Part shown: in pieces, positions 35,884 to 45,208 of the stretch | Layout of the letters: the number at the start of each line of letters is the position of its first letter | How positions within the stretch are numbered: the stretch's first letter is position 1 | Assembly (NCBI GenBank): GCA_045602985.1 | Contig: JAZULH010000020.1 | Coordinates: 11,610-75,609 of the forward strand | DNA from: Acutalibacteraceae bacterium | GTDB taxonomy: Bacteria; Bacillota; Clostridia; Oscillospirales; Acutalibacteraceae | Length of the DNA stretch: 64,000 bases | Reading direction: 5' to 3' | The notes under the pieces: generated by a model | What the model saw: the letters and a program-made list of their open reading frames with translations, nothing else | The model's database searches: none | What the model was told of the DNA's origin: nothing | Translations under genes and position numbers: made by a program

Positions 35884-37152
35884 ATGAAAATAATGGTTGT
35901 AGGTGGCGGTGGTCGTGAACACGCCATTATAAAAAAGATTAAAGAAAATAAAAATGTAACCGAGATTTTTGCACTCCCCGGTAACGGCGGTATGGCACAG
36001 GATGCAACCTGTGTAGATATCGGTGCAAAGGATATTGAAAAGATTGTTGACTTCGCAGTAGAAAATAAAATTGATTATGCTGTTGTAGCCCCTGATGACC
36101 CGTTGGTTTTGGGTTGTGTTGATGCACTTAATGAAAAAGGTATTCCTTGCTTCGGTCCTGAAGGCAAAGCGGCAATCATTGAGGGTAGTAAGGTTTTCTC
36201 AAAGAACCTTATGAAGAAATATGGTATCCCTACAGCGGCATACGAAGTTTTTAATGATATGGAAAAAGCCCTGGCATATCTTGAAACTGCTCCAATTCCC
36301 ACAGTTATCAAGGCTGACGGTCTTGCTCTAGGCAAGGGTGTAATAATAGCAAACACCCGTGAGGAGGCAAAGGTGGCTGTTGTTTCAATGATGCAGGACA
36401 AAATGTTCGGCACCAGCGGTGACAATATTGTTATTGAAGAATTTCTTACAGGTCCTGAGGTATCTGTGCTTTCCTTTACAGATGGCAAGACTGTTGTTCC
36501 TATGATTTCGTCAATGGACCATAAGAGGGCAGGGGATAATGATACAGGTCTTAACACAGGCGGTATGGGTACAGTAGCTCCCAATCCGTATTACACCGAG
36601 GCAATAGCCGCGGAGTGTATGGAAAAGATTTTTGTGCCCACCATTGAGGCTATGAATAAAGAGGGAAGAACCTTTAAGGGTTGTCTTTATTTCGGTCTTA
36701 TGCTTACACCGGCAGGTCCTAAGGTTATTGAATATAACTGCCGTTTCGGTGACCCTGAAACACAGGTTGTTTTGCCTCTGCTGGAAAGTGACTTGCTTAC
36801 AATAATGCAGGCAACAACAAACGGCACACTTGCAGAAACTGAGGTTAAATTCAGCAAAAAGAGTGCTTGCTGTGTTATTATGGCATCTGAGGGTTACCCT
36901 GTTGAGTATAAAAAAGGCTTTGAAATGACTATCCCTGCTGAAATAAACAGCAATGTTTATGTGGCAGGTGCAGTCCTTAAGGATGGAAAGCTTCTTACAA
37001 ATGGAGGCAGAGTTTTAGGTGCTACCGCTGTTGAGGATAGTTTGAAATGCGCTATTGATTCGGCATACGCCCTTGTTGAGAAAATCAGTTTTGGTAACGC
37101 ATTTTACCGTCGTGATATAGGTGCAAAAGCACTTGCGGCTATAAAGGAGTAA
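35884..37152 (+). CDS. purD: Phosphoribosylamine-glycine ligase
   Basis: MKIMVVGGGGREHA, an ATP-grasp core, and the EYNCRFGDPE motif. Confidence 0.95.
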   Translation: MKIMVVGGGGREHAIIKKIKENKNVTEIFALPGNGGMAQDATCVDIGAKDIEKIVDFAVENKIDYAVVAPDDPLVLGCVDALNEKGIPCFGPEGKAAIIEGSKVFSKNLMKKYGIPTAAYEVFNDMEKALAYLETAPIPTVIKADGLALGKGVIIANTREEAKVAVVSMMQDKMFGTSGDNIVIEEFLTGPEVSVLSFTDGKTVVPMISSMDHKRAGDNDTGLNTGGMGTVAPNPYYTEAIAAECMEKIFVPTIEAMNKEGRTFKGCLYFGLMLTPAGPKVIEYNCRFGDPETQVVLPLLESDLLTIMQATTNGTLAETEVKFSKKSACCVIMASEGYPVEYKKGFEMTIPAEINSNVYVAGAVLKDGKLLTNGGRVLGATAVEDSLKCAIDSAYALVEKISFGNAFYRRDIGAKALAAIKE

Positions 37153-37157
37153 GAATA

Positions 37158-40100
37158 ATGGTATTTAGAGTTTTTGTTGAAAAGAAAAAAGAACTTGCTA
37201 ATGAAGCAAAGTCACTTTTAGGTGATGTACGCACTCTTCTTGGTATTGAAAGCCTCGAAGATGTTCGTGTGTTTAATCGTTACGATGCCGAAAACATCAC
37301 AGAGGAGCTTTTTGATTATGCAACCAGAACAGTTTCCTCCGAGCCTCAGCTTGATATTGCTACTGCTGATATTGATGTGGACGGTGCAACAGTTTTTGCG
37401 GTGGAGTTTTTGCCGGGTCAGTTTGATCAGCGTGCAGACTCAGCAGCTCAGTGTATTCAGATTATTTCACAGGGTGAGCGTCCCACTGTTAAAAGTGCAA
37501 AGGTTTATGCTCTTTATGGTAATATTTCTGCCGAAGAGCTTGCAGAAATAAAAAAATATGTTATTAACCCTGTTGAGGCACGTGAGGCTACACTTGAAAA
37601 GCCTGAAACACTTGCTATGCAGTATGAAATCCCCACAGAGGTTAAAACTCTTGAAGGATTTATAAATCTTGACAGAGCAGGTCTTGAGGACTTTGTTAAA
37701 GAATACGGTCTTGCAATGGATGCTGACGATATCGCATTCTGTCAGCAGTACTTCAAATCCGAGGACCGCGATCCGACCATTACAGAAATCCGTATGATTG
37801 ATACATATTGGTCAGACCATTGCCGCCACACAACCTTCCTTACTGTTATTGACAATGTGGAGTTTGAGGACGAGCTTTTACAGAAAACCTATGAGGAATA
37901 CATTGCTACACGTGAGGAGCTTGGCAGAACAAAGCCTATCTGCCTTATGGATCTTGCAACAGTTGCAGTTAAGTACCTCAGAGTAAACGGCAAGCTCGAC
38001 AAGCTGGATGAGTCAGAGGAAATTAATGCTTGCACCGTAAAAATCAATGTTGATGTTGATGGTGTTACAGAGCCCTGGCTCCTTCTGTTTAAGAATGAAA
38101 CCCATAACCACCCCACAGAAATTGAGCCCTTTGGCGGTGCGGCAACCTGCATCGGTGGTGCAATCCGTGACCCCCTTTCAGGTCGTGCATATGTTTATGG
38201 TGCAATGCGTGTTACAGGTGCGGCAGATCCCCTGAAGCCCGTAAGCGAAACAATCAAGGGTAAGCTTCCTCAGAGAACAATTGTTACAACTGCTGCTGCA
38301 GGATATTCTTCTTATGGTAACCAGATTGGTCTTGCAACAGGTATTGTTGACGAAATTTACCATCCCGGCTATGCTGCAAAGCGTATGGAAATCGGTGCTG
38401 TTGTAGCGGCTGCTCCCCAGGAGAATGTTCGCCGTGAGTGTCCGGATCCCGGTGATATCGTAATTCTTCTTGGTGGCTCTACAGGTCGTGACGGCTGCGG
38501 TGGTGCAACAGGTTCATCAAAATCACACACAGCAACATCACTTGAAACCTGCGGTGCAGAGGTTCAGAAGGGTAACGCTCCCGAGGAGAGAAAGCTCCAG
38601 CGTTTGTTTAGAAATAAAGAAGCAACTCTTATGATTAAGCGTTGTAATGACTTTGGTGCAGGCGGTGTTTCTGTTGCTATCGGTGAGCTTGCAGACGGTC
38701 TTAAGATTGACCTTAATGCAGTTCCCAAAAAGTATGAGGGTCTTGATGGAACAGAGCTTGCAATTTCCGAATCACAGGAAAGAATGGCTGTTGTGGTAGA
38801 GAAGGAGAATGTTGAGCGTTTCCTTGAGCTTGCAGCAACAGAGAATCTTCAGGCTTGCCCTGTGGCAGAGGTTACTGCTGATCCCAGACTTGTAATGACC
38901 TGGAACAATAATGTTATCTGCAACATCAGCAGAGAATTCCTTAACTCAAACGGTGCTGATAAGCACGTTGATGTTGTTACTGCAAAGCCTGAAAATTACG
39001 ATAAGGCTGTAAGCGGTACATTTACAGAGAATATGAAGTCAATGGCAGATGACCTTAACATCTGCTCAAAACGCGGACTTTCAGAGCGTTTTGACTCAAC
39101 TATCGGTGCAGGTACCGTGCTTATGCCATTTGGCGGTAAGTATCAGCTTACACCTATCCAGGCAATGGTACAGAAAATTTCTGTAGAAAAGAAGCACACA
39201 GATGATTGCTCACTTATGTCTTGGGGATATAATCCCTTTATTACAGAAAAAAGCCCCTACCACGGTGCATACCTTGCTGTAGTAGAGTCTATTTGTAAGC
39301 TTATTGCAACAGGTGCAAAGTTTGAGGATGTTTACCTTACATTCCAGGAATATTTTGAGCGTGTGAATAAAGAGCCCAGACGTTGGGGTAAGCCTCTTGC
39401 CGCACTTCTCGGTGCATTCAAGGCGCAAAAGGAGTTGGGCGTTGGCTCAATCGGCGGCAAGGACTCAATGAGCGGTACATTTGAAAATATTGATGTACCT
39501 CCCACGCTTGTTTCATTTGCCGTTACAACCGAAAAGGTAAAAGACGTTGTTTCACCTGAATTTAAAAAGGCAGGCAACAAGGTTTATATTATTAAGCCCG
39601 AGTTGGATGAAAACGGACTTCCCGTTACATCATCATTACTCAGCGTATTTGATAAAGTATGCGCACTTCTTCGTGAGGGTAAGGCTGTTTCCTGCTATAC
39701 ACCCGGTATGGGCGGTATTGCTGAAGCTGTTATGAAAATGGCTTTCGGTAATGGTTATGGCTTTGATTTCAACGACAGTCTTACAGTAAATGAGCTCTTT
39801 GGTTATAACTATGCTTCATTCATTCTTGAGGCAACAGAGGATTTAGATGCGGAATTTATCGGTACTGTTACCGATAAGGCAGTATTCACCCTTGGTAGCG
39901 AAAGCCTTGATTTAACAGATGTTCTCAGCATTTATGAGGATAAGCTGGAAAGCGTATACAGCTGTAATATTGCAGACACAGGCACAAAGGTTGAAAACTT
40001 CTCCTTTGCGGCAACAGAACGCAAGGCTCCTGCAATTAAGGTTGCAAAGCCCAAAATTCTTATTCCTGCATTCCCCGGTACAAACTGCGAGTTCGATAGT

Positions 40101-40844
40101 GCAAAGGCAGTGCGTGATGCAGGTGCTGAGCCTGAGATTATTGTAATCAAAAACCGCACATCTGCAGGTATTACCGCAAGTGTTGAGGAATTTGCAAGTA
40201 AGCTCAAGGACGCACAGATGATTTTCATTCCCGGTGGCTTCTCCGGTGGTGATGAGCCTGATGGTTCAGGTAAATTTATTACTGCTTTCTTCCGTAATGC
40301 GGCAGTTAAGGATGGCGTTACAGACCTTCTTGAAAACCGCGACGGTCTTATGTGTGGTATATGTAATGGCTTCCAGGCACTTATTAAGCTTGGTCTTGTG
40401 CCTTACGGTAAGATTATTGATACCGATGAAAATTGCCCCACACTTACATACAACACAATTGCACGACACCAGTCAAGGATTGTAAGAACCCGTGTTGCAT
40501 CCAACAAGTCACCTTGGCTTGCACTTACTGAAGTTGGCGATGTTTACAATGTGCCGATTTCACATGGTGAGGGACGTTTCCTCGCAAGTGAAGAGCTTAT
40601 CAGAAAGCTTGCAGAGAACGGTCAGATTGCTACACAGTATGTGGACCTTGAGGGCAATGCCACAAGTGATGTTCACTTCAATCCCAATGACTCAATGTTC
40701 GCGGTTGAGGGTATTACATCACCCGACGGCAGAGTGTTCGGTAAAATGGGTCACAGCGAGCGTATAGGCGAAGGTCTTTATAAGAATGTGCCCGGCAACT
40801 ATGATATCCATATGTGTGAAGCAGCGGTTAAGTATTTCAAATAA
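37158..40844 (+). CDS. purL: Phosphoribosylformylglycinamidine synthase, single-chain large form (PurS/PurL/PurQ fused)
   Basis: 1228 aa with ETHNHPT and the C-terminal glutaminase GICNGFQ...SHGEGRF. Confidence 0.95.
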   Translation: MVFRVFVEKKKELANEAKSLLGDVRTLLGIESLEDVRVFNRYDAENITEELFDYATRTVSSEPQLDIATADIDVDGATVFAVEFLPGQFDQRADSAAQCIQIISQGERPTVKSAKVYALYGNISAEELAEIKKYVINPVEAREATLEKPETLAMQYEIPTEVKTLEGFINLDRAGLEDFVKEYGLAMDADDIAFCQQYFKSEDRDPTITEIRMIDTYWSDHCRHTTFLTVIDNVEFEDELLQKTYEEYIATREELGRTKPICLMDLATVAVKYLRVNGKLDKLDESEEINACTVKINVDVDGVTEPWLLLFKNETHNHPTEIEPFGGAATCIGGAIRDPLSGRAYVYGAMRVTGAADPLKPVSETIKGKLPQRTIVTTAAAGYSSYGNQIGLATGIVDEIYHPGYAAKRMEIGAVVAAAPQENVRRECPDPGDIVILLGGSTGRDGCGGATGSSKSHTATSLETCGAEVQKGNAPEERKLQRLFRNKEATLMIKRCNDFGAGGVSVAIGELADGLKIDLNAVPKKYEGLDGTELAISESQERMAVVVEKENVERFLELAATENLQACPVAEVTADPRLVMTWNNNVICNISREFLNSNGADKHVDVVTAKPENYDKAVSGTFTENMKSMADDLNICSKRGLSERFDSTIGAGTVLMPFGGKYQLTPIQAMVQKISVEKKHTDDCSLMSWGYNPFITEKSPYHGAYLAVVESICKLIATGAKFEDVYLTFQEYFERVNKEPRRWGKPLAALLGAFKAQKELGVGSIGGKDSMSGTFENIDVPPTLVSFAVTTEKVKDVVSPEFKKAGNKVYIIKPELDENGLPVTSSLLSVFDKVCALLREGKAVSCYTPGMGGIAEAVMKMAFGNGYGFDFNDSLTVNELFGYNYASFILEATEDLDAEFIGTVTDKAVFTLGSESLDLTDVLSIYEDKLESVYSCNIADTGTKVENFSFAATERKAPAIKVAKPKILIPAFPGTNCEFDSAKAVRDAGAEPEIIVIKNRTSAGITASVEEFASKLKDAQMIFIPGGFSGGDEPDGSGKFITAFFRNAAVKDGVTDLLENRDGLMCGICNGFQALIKLGLVPYGKIIDTDENCPTLTYNTIARHQSRIVRTRVASNKSPWLALTEVGDVYNVPISHGEGRFLASEELIRKLAENGQIATQYVDLEGNATSDVHFNPNDSMFAVEGITSPDGRVFGKMGHSERIGEGLYKNVPGNYDIHMCEAAVKYFK

Positions 40845-40868
40845 AAACATTGAAATAACAAAGCAAAT

Positions 40869-40915
40869 GGCGTTCTGTCTCTCGGGTTTAAGAGAGGCAG
40901 AACGCCAAAATTTTT
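40869..40915. terminator. Intrinsic terminator after purL (possibly bidirectional with mntP)
   Basis: 15 bp stem ggcgttctgtctctc pairs with gagaggcagaacgcc, followed by AAAATTTTT. The reverse strand is followed by ATTTGCTTT. Confidence 0.85.
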
Positions 40916-40946
40916 AAAGTATTCAATAATCAAAGAAGTCAAGCCA

Positions 40947-41522
40947 TTATTTCAGTATGCCGAGTCCTTCAAGCAGGATTTTAAGTCCTAATATAATAAG
41001 TATCAGACCGCCTGCAAATTCGGCTTTTGATTTATACTTTGTACCGAATATGTTGCCGATTTTAACTCCTACGGCGGAGAGTGCGCATGTAATTACTGCA
41101 ATGAGCACAAATGCAACGTACACAAACCAAGAGGGATTAAAGGGCGTGAATGCAAAACTGACACCTACTGCGAGGGCATCAATGCTTGTAGCAATTGCCA
41201 TCGGAAGCATTGCCTTGATACCCAGGGAACAGTCAACACATTCCTCCTCCTTGCCGAAGGATTCTTTAATCATATTTGCACCGATGAGTGCCAGCAGAAC
41301 AAAGGCAACCCAATGGTCTATTGACTGTATTTTTTCTGCGAAGGTGCTTCCCAATAAATACCCGAGAAGTGGCATAAGCCCCTGAAATGCACCAAACCAC
41401 GCACCGACAATAAGGCAGTTCTTTACCGTGATTTTTTTTAGTGCAAGACCTTTACAAAGGGCTACTGCAAACGCATCCATTGAAAGGCTGACTGCAAGTA
41501 TTACAGCATCTAATATACCCAA
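40947..41522 (-). CDS. mntP: Manganese efflux pump MntP
   Basis: ILDAVILAVSLSMDAFAVAL (DUF204 repeat), repeated as AIATSIDALAVGVSF, with 6 TM segments. A TTG start at 41522 behind GGGAG is preferred, because a consensus promoter lies inside the longer 226 aa track ORF. Confidence 0.8.
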   Translation of the reverse strand: MGILDAVILAVSLSMDAFAVALCKGLALKKITVKNCLIVGAWFGAFQGLMPLLGYLLGSTFAEKIQSIDHWVAFVLLALIGANMIKESFGKEEECVDCSLGIKAMLPMAIATSIDALAVGVSFAFTPFNPSWFVYVAFVLIAVITCALSAVGVKIGNIFGTKYKSKAEFAGGLILIILGLKILLEGLGILK

Positions 41523-41556
41523 AATACAACAGCTCCCATAGGAAAATAGGAATTCA

Positions 41557-41585
41557 ATTATAAAACTCTTTTTATAAGTTGTCAA
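41557..41585 (-). promoter_or_regulatory. Perfect-consensus SigA promoter of mntP
   Basis: The minus strand reads TTGACA (41585-41580), 17 nt spacer, TATAAT (41562-41557). Confidence 0.75.
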
Positions 41586-41592
41586 CTTATAA
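41572..41592. promoter_or_regulatory. Perfect 10-1-10 palindrome (candidate operator) centred on the mntP -35 element
   Basis: TTATAAGTTG t CAACTTATAA. It abuts the -35 (41593) of the divergent hydrolase promoter. Confidence 0.55.
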
Positions 41593-41621
41593 TTGATTTG
41601 AATCATCAAGTGTGTTATTAT
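41593..41621 (+). promoter_or_regulatory. Candidate promoter of the alpha/beta hydrolase gene
   Basis: TTGATT (41593-41598), 17 nt spacer, TATTAT (41616-41621). Confidence 0.5.
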
Positions 41622-41665
41622 TATCATAAGTTCCGTCTGACTTAAAGAAAAAACGGGTGATTTTT

Positions 41666-42637
41666 ATGGATAAAGTGAAAAATATTTTTTATAACCTTTT
41701 GCAGATTATAAAAAGGATAAAGGTATGGCGTATTGTTGCACTCGTTGTGATTGTTGCAGTATTGTACCAAGGGATTACGACGGTTATGATGTGCAAGGTT
41801 GTGCTTGATTGGAATACGTTTTCAAAATCTCCGCAGGCAAGCGAAATTATATTAACAGAGCTTTCTGACCCTAAATATAAGGCGTGGCTTAAGGCCTCGG
41901 CGAAGGATGAGTATATTGAAAGCGATGGCTTGAAGCTTCATGCACTCAGTCTTGCGGATAAAAAGCTCTCCCACAGCTATGTGGTAATATGTCATCCTGC
42001 TACCTGCAGCTCTGAGGATATGGCAGAGTACGCTTATCACTTTTACGACCTGGGATTTAATGTGATTATGCCCGATGCCCGCGGTTGCGGTCAGAGTGAG
42101 GGCGATTTTGTTACATTCGGAGTAAAGGATGCTGAAGATTTGCCCCTTTGGTTTAATAAAATTACAGATATTGATCCGCAGGCGAGTATCTTTCTGTTTG
42201 GTATAGGTATGGGAGGTTCCGCTGTTTGTCTTGCAGCGGGCGAGGAGTTACCCCCTAATGTTAAAGGTATAATCGAGGATAGTGGCTTTAATGACCTGGA
42301 GGGCGTTTTTAAGGAGAATATTAAAAAGCTTTATAATAAAAGTAAGTTCCCTTCAGTACTGATTGCTGATATATATTTCAAATCTGTTCAGGGGTGGAGC
42401 TTTAAGGATGTAGCTGTTGCTGACAGTGTGGCTAAGGCAAAGGTTCCTATGTTATTTATTCACGGCGGTGATGACAAAATTGTACCCGTGGATCAAAGCA
42501 ATGATTTGTACGAAATATGTCAGACAAAGGGCTCTGACCACCTGTATATGACAGGTGCCGCCCATTGCCGTCCTATGCATACTGATCCCGAAAAGTATTG
42601 GCGTATTGTTGACGGTTTTTTACTTGAAAATATGTAA
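41666..42637 (+). CDS. Membrane-anchored alpha/beta-fold hydrolase homologue (COG1073-like) with Gly at the nucleophile position
   Basis: N-terminal TM helix. The alpha/beta core has HGGDDKIVP (Asp) and GAAHC (His). The nucleophile elbow reads GIGMGG instead of GxSMGG. Confidence 0.75.
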   Translation: MDKVKNIFYNLLQIIKRIKVWRIVALVVIVAVLYQGITTVMMCKVVLDWNTFSKSPQASEIILTELSDPKYKAWLKASAKDEYIESDGLKLHALSLADKKLSHSYVVICHPATCSSEDMAEYAYHFYDLGFNVIMPDARGCGQSEGDFVTFGVKDAEDLPLWFNKITDIDPQASIFLFGIGMGGSAVCLAAGEELPPNVKGIIEDSGFNDLEGVFKENIKKLYNKSKFPSVLIADIYFKSVQGWSFKDVAVADSVAKAKVPMLFIHGGDDKIVPVDQSNDLYEICQTKGSDHLYMTGAAHCRPMHTDPEKYWRIVDGFLLENM

Positions 42638-42641
42638 TATA

Positions 42642-42705
42642 AAGGGAGTGTAGATCAGCAGTGTCAGATTAACGGACACCCGATTTACACACCCTTATTT
42701 TATAT
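42642..42705 (+). terminator. Long imperfect hairpin terminator
   Basis: Arms aaggg/gtgta/gtgtc pair with gacac/tacac/ccctt, followed by ATTTTAT. Confidence 0.45.
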
Positions 42706-42748
42706 TTGTTTAATTTTTCAGAAATGCAGTTTTATTTTATAAAATCCC

Positions 42749-42777
42749 TTGACAAACACCGACTACTCTGTTATAAT
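42749..42777 (+). promoter_or_regulatory. Perfect-consensus SigA promoter of the ylxM-ffh operon
   Basis: TTGACA (42749-54), 17 nt spacer, TATAAT (42772-77). Confidence 0.75.
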
Positions 42778-42830
42778 GCACACCTGTAAAGTTAAAGTTC
42801 TTTACACCACTTTGTGAAAGGAGAAGCACT

Positions 42831-43193
42831 ATGGCAAAAAATCTTGATGTAGTTTTACTTGCTGATTTTTATGGTGAAATGCTTACCGACAATCAGCGCA
42901 AGTTCATTGAGTATTACTATAATGATGACCTTTCACTTGCTGAAATTGCCCAGAATGAGGGTATTACAAGGCAGGGTGTGCGCGACGCTGTCAAGCGTGC
43001 GGAAACTCAGCTTTTTGATATGGAAAAAAAGTTGGGCTTTGCAGAACGTACCCGGAAAATTAACGAGGCGCTTGCCGATATTGTAGAAAGCACCGAAGTT
43101 ATAAACACATATAACATGAATGTTTCACTCTCCCGTGAGGTTAACGACGCAGTTGTACGTATCAAGTCCGTTGTTGACTCTCTCACTGAGTAA
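42831..43193 (+). CDS. ylxM: YlxM/UPF0122 putative DNA-binding (sigma region-4-like) protein
   Basis: LLADFYGEMLTDNQRKFIEYYYNDDLSLAEIA...GITRQGVRD, in the conserved position upstream of ffh. Confidence 0.85.
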   Translation: MAKNLDVVLLADFYGEMLTDNQRKFIEYYYNDDLSLAEIAQNEGITRQGVRDAVKRAETQLFDMEKKLGFAERTRKINEALADIVESTEVINTYNMNVSLSREVNDAVVRIKSVVDSLTE

Positions 43194-43207
43194 AAGGAGG
43201 TTACACC

Positions 43208-44587
43208 GTGGCTTTTGAAGGACTTTCCGACAGACTCGATAATGCCTTTAAAAAGTTAAAAAGCAAGGGTAGCCTTACCGAATCTGATGTCCGCGAGGCT
43301 ATGCGTGAGGTTCGACTGGCTCTTTTGGAGGCCGACGTTAACTATAAAGTTGCCAAGGATTTTACAAATTCAGTAACAGAGCGTGCCATTGGTGCCAAGG
43401 TTATGGAAAGCCTTACACCTGCACAAATGGTTATCAAAATTGTTAATGAGGAGCTTACTGCCCTTATGGGTGGTACTCAGGCAAGGCTTGCTTCAGCACC
43501 GCATCCGCCAACTGTTGTTATGATGTGCGGTCTTCAGGGTTCAGGTAAAACAACCCACAGTGCGAAAATTGCCCTTAAGCTTAAGGAGCAGGGTCACAGA
43601 CCTCTTCTTGTTGCTTGCGATATCTACCGTCCTGCGGCTATCAAGCAGTTGCAGGTTGTTGGTGAACAGATTGATGTTCCCGTTTTTGAAATGGGTACTG
43701 AAAATCCTGTGAAAATTGCCACCGAGGCCATTAAAATGGCTAAGGATAACGGTTATGACTACGTTTTTCTTGATACTGCAGGTCGTTTGCATATTGACGA
43801 ACAGCTTATGCAGGAACTTAAGGATATTAAATCAACTGTAAAACCCCACGAGATTCTTCTTGTTATCGACTCAATGCTGGGTCAGGATGCTGTTACGGTT
43901 GCATCATCCTTTAATGATGCACTCGGTATTGATGGTCTTGTGCTGACAAAGCTTGATGGTGATACACGTGGCGGTGCCGCACTTTCTGCAAGGGCGGTTA
44001 CAGGTAAACCGATTAAGTTCATCGGTGTCGGCGAAAAGCTTCAGGATCTTGATGTTTTCCACCCCGACAGAATGGCAAGCCGTATTCTGGGTATGGGTGA
44101 TGTGCTTTCACTTATTGAAAAGGCAGAAACAGCCCTTGATGAAAAGAAAGCAGAAGAGCTCGAAAAGAAGCTTCGTCAGAACAAGCTTGACCTTAATGAT
44201 ATGCTTATGCAGTTCGAGGAAATGAAAAAAATGGGCCCTATGAAGGACCTTATATCCATGATTCCCGGACTTAACAAAAAAATTAAGGACACCGATGTTG
44301 ATGACAGACAGATTGACTACACAATGGCAATTATCCGTTCAATGACAATGAAGGAACGTGAAAATCCCGATATTATCAATCCGTCACGCAAACGCCGTAT
44401 TGCTGCGGGCTGCGGTATGCAGGTTGAGGATGTTAACAGACTTCTTAACCAGTACCGTTCAATGCAAAAGCTCTATAAACAGCTTAACGGCAAAGGCTCT
44501 AAAAAAATGATGAAGCGTATGCAGCGCATGGGTATGGGCGGAGGAATGCCCGGCGGTATGGGCGGCATGGGTGGATTCCCGATGTAA
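43208..44587 (+). CDS. ffh: Signal recognition particle protein Ffh
   Basis: GLQGSGKTT and DTAGR GTPase motifs, with a Met-rich M domain and tail. GTG start behind AAGGAGG. Confidence 0.95.
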   Translation: MAFEGLSDRLDNAFKKLKSKGSLTESDVREAMREVRLALLEADVNYKVAKDFTNSVTERAIGAKVMESLTPAQMVIKIVNEELTALMGGTQARLASAPHPPTVVMMCGLQGSGKTTHSAKIALKLKEQGHRPLLVACDIYRPAAIKQLQVVGEQIDVPVFEMGTENPVKIATEAIKMAKDNGYDYVFLDTAGRLHIDEQLMQELKDIKSTVKPHEILLVIDSMLGQDAVTVASSFNDALGIDGLVLTKLDGDTRGGAALSARAVTGKPIKFIGVGEKLQDLDVFHPDRMASRILGMGDVLSLIEKAETALDEKKAEELEKKLRQNKLDLNDMLMQFEEMKKMGPMKDLISMIPGLNKKIKDTDVDDRQIDYTMAIIRSMTMKERENPDIINPSRKRRIAAGCGMQVEDVNRLLNQYRSMQKLYKQLNGKGSKKMMKRMQRMGMGGGMPGGMGGMGGFPM

Positions 44588-44656
44588 GTTTTCAAACACG
44601 TAAGTGGTTGATATAAATCAGTTTATTATTATTTTTACTTTTCGGAGGTAATTAAA

Positions 44657-44902
44657 ATGGCAGTAAAAATTCGTCTTCGCCGTATGGGCGCAAAGAAAGC
44701 ACCTTTCTATCGTGTAGTTGTAGCAGATTCACGTTATCCTCGTGATGGCCGCTTCATTGAGGAAGTTGGTTACTACAATCCTGTAGCACAGCCTGCAGAA
44801 ATCAAGATTGATGCTGAGAAGGTTACAAAGTGGATTCAGAACGGCGCTCAGCCCACTGATACAGTTCGCGATATCCTTAAGAAACAGAACATCATTAAGT
44901 AA
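44657..44902 (+). CDS. rpsP: 30S ribosomal protein S16
   Basis: [37 protein letters not shown]. Confidence 0.95.
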   Translation: MAVKIRLRRMGAKKAPFYRVVVADSRYPRDGRFIEEVGYYNPVAQPAEIKIDAEKVTKWIQNGAQPTDTVRDILKKQNIIK

Positions 44903-44916
44903 TTTAGGTGACGATA

Positions 44917-45150
44917 ATGAAAGAATTGCTCGAAACAGTCGCAAAGGGTCTTGTTGAGTCTCCCGACGCAGTCGAGGTCACTGTTGACGAACCCAATGAA
45001 GAGGGTGTTGTCGTTTATCATCTTCATGTCGGTCCCGACGATATGGGCAGAGTTATCGGCAAGCAGGGCAGAATAGCCAAGGCTATCCGTACGGTTATGC
45101 GTGCGGCAGCTGTCCGTAAAGATGTTAAGGTACAGGTCGATATCGACTAA
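44917..45150 (+). CDS. khpA: KH-domain RNA-binding protein (YlqC/KhpA family)
   Basis: Contains the KH motif MGRVIGKQGRIAKAIRT. Conserved position between rpsP and rimM. Start is at MKELLE. Confidence 0.85.
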   Translation: MKELLETVAKGLVESPDAVEVTVDEPNEEGVVVYHLHVGPDDMGRVIGKQGRIAKAIRTVMRAAAVRKDVKVQVDID

Positions 45151-45157
45151 AACAAAT

Positions 45158-45192
45158 GGGGGATGGTAATCATCCCCCTTTAGTTTATTTTT
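45158..45192 (+). terminator. Intrinsic terminator/attenuator after khpA
   Basis: Stem gggggatg pairs with catccccc, followed by TTTAGTTTATTTTT. Confidence 0.75.
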
Positions 45193-45208
45193 GTGAAAGA
45201 TTGATTTT

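Noticed and set aside
41523-41660. yybP-ykoY manganese riboswitch upstream of mntP
   Set aside because: A perfect promoter lies only about 30 nt upstream of the probable start, leaving no room for a ~100 nt riboswitch. No conserved yybP-ykoY helices were seen.
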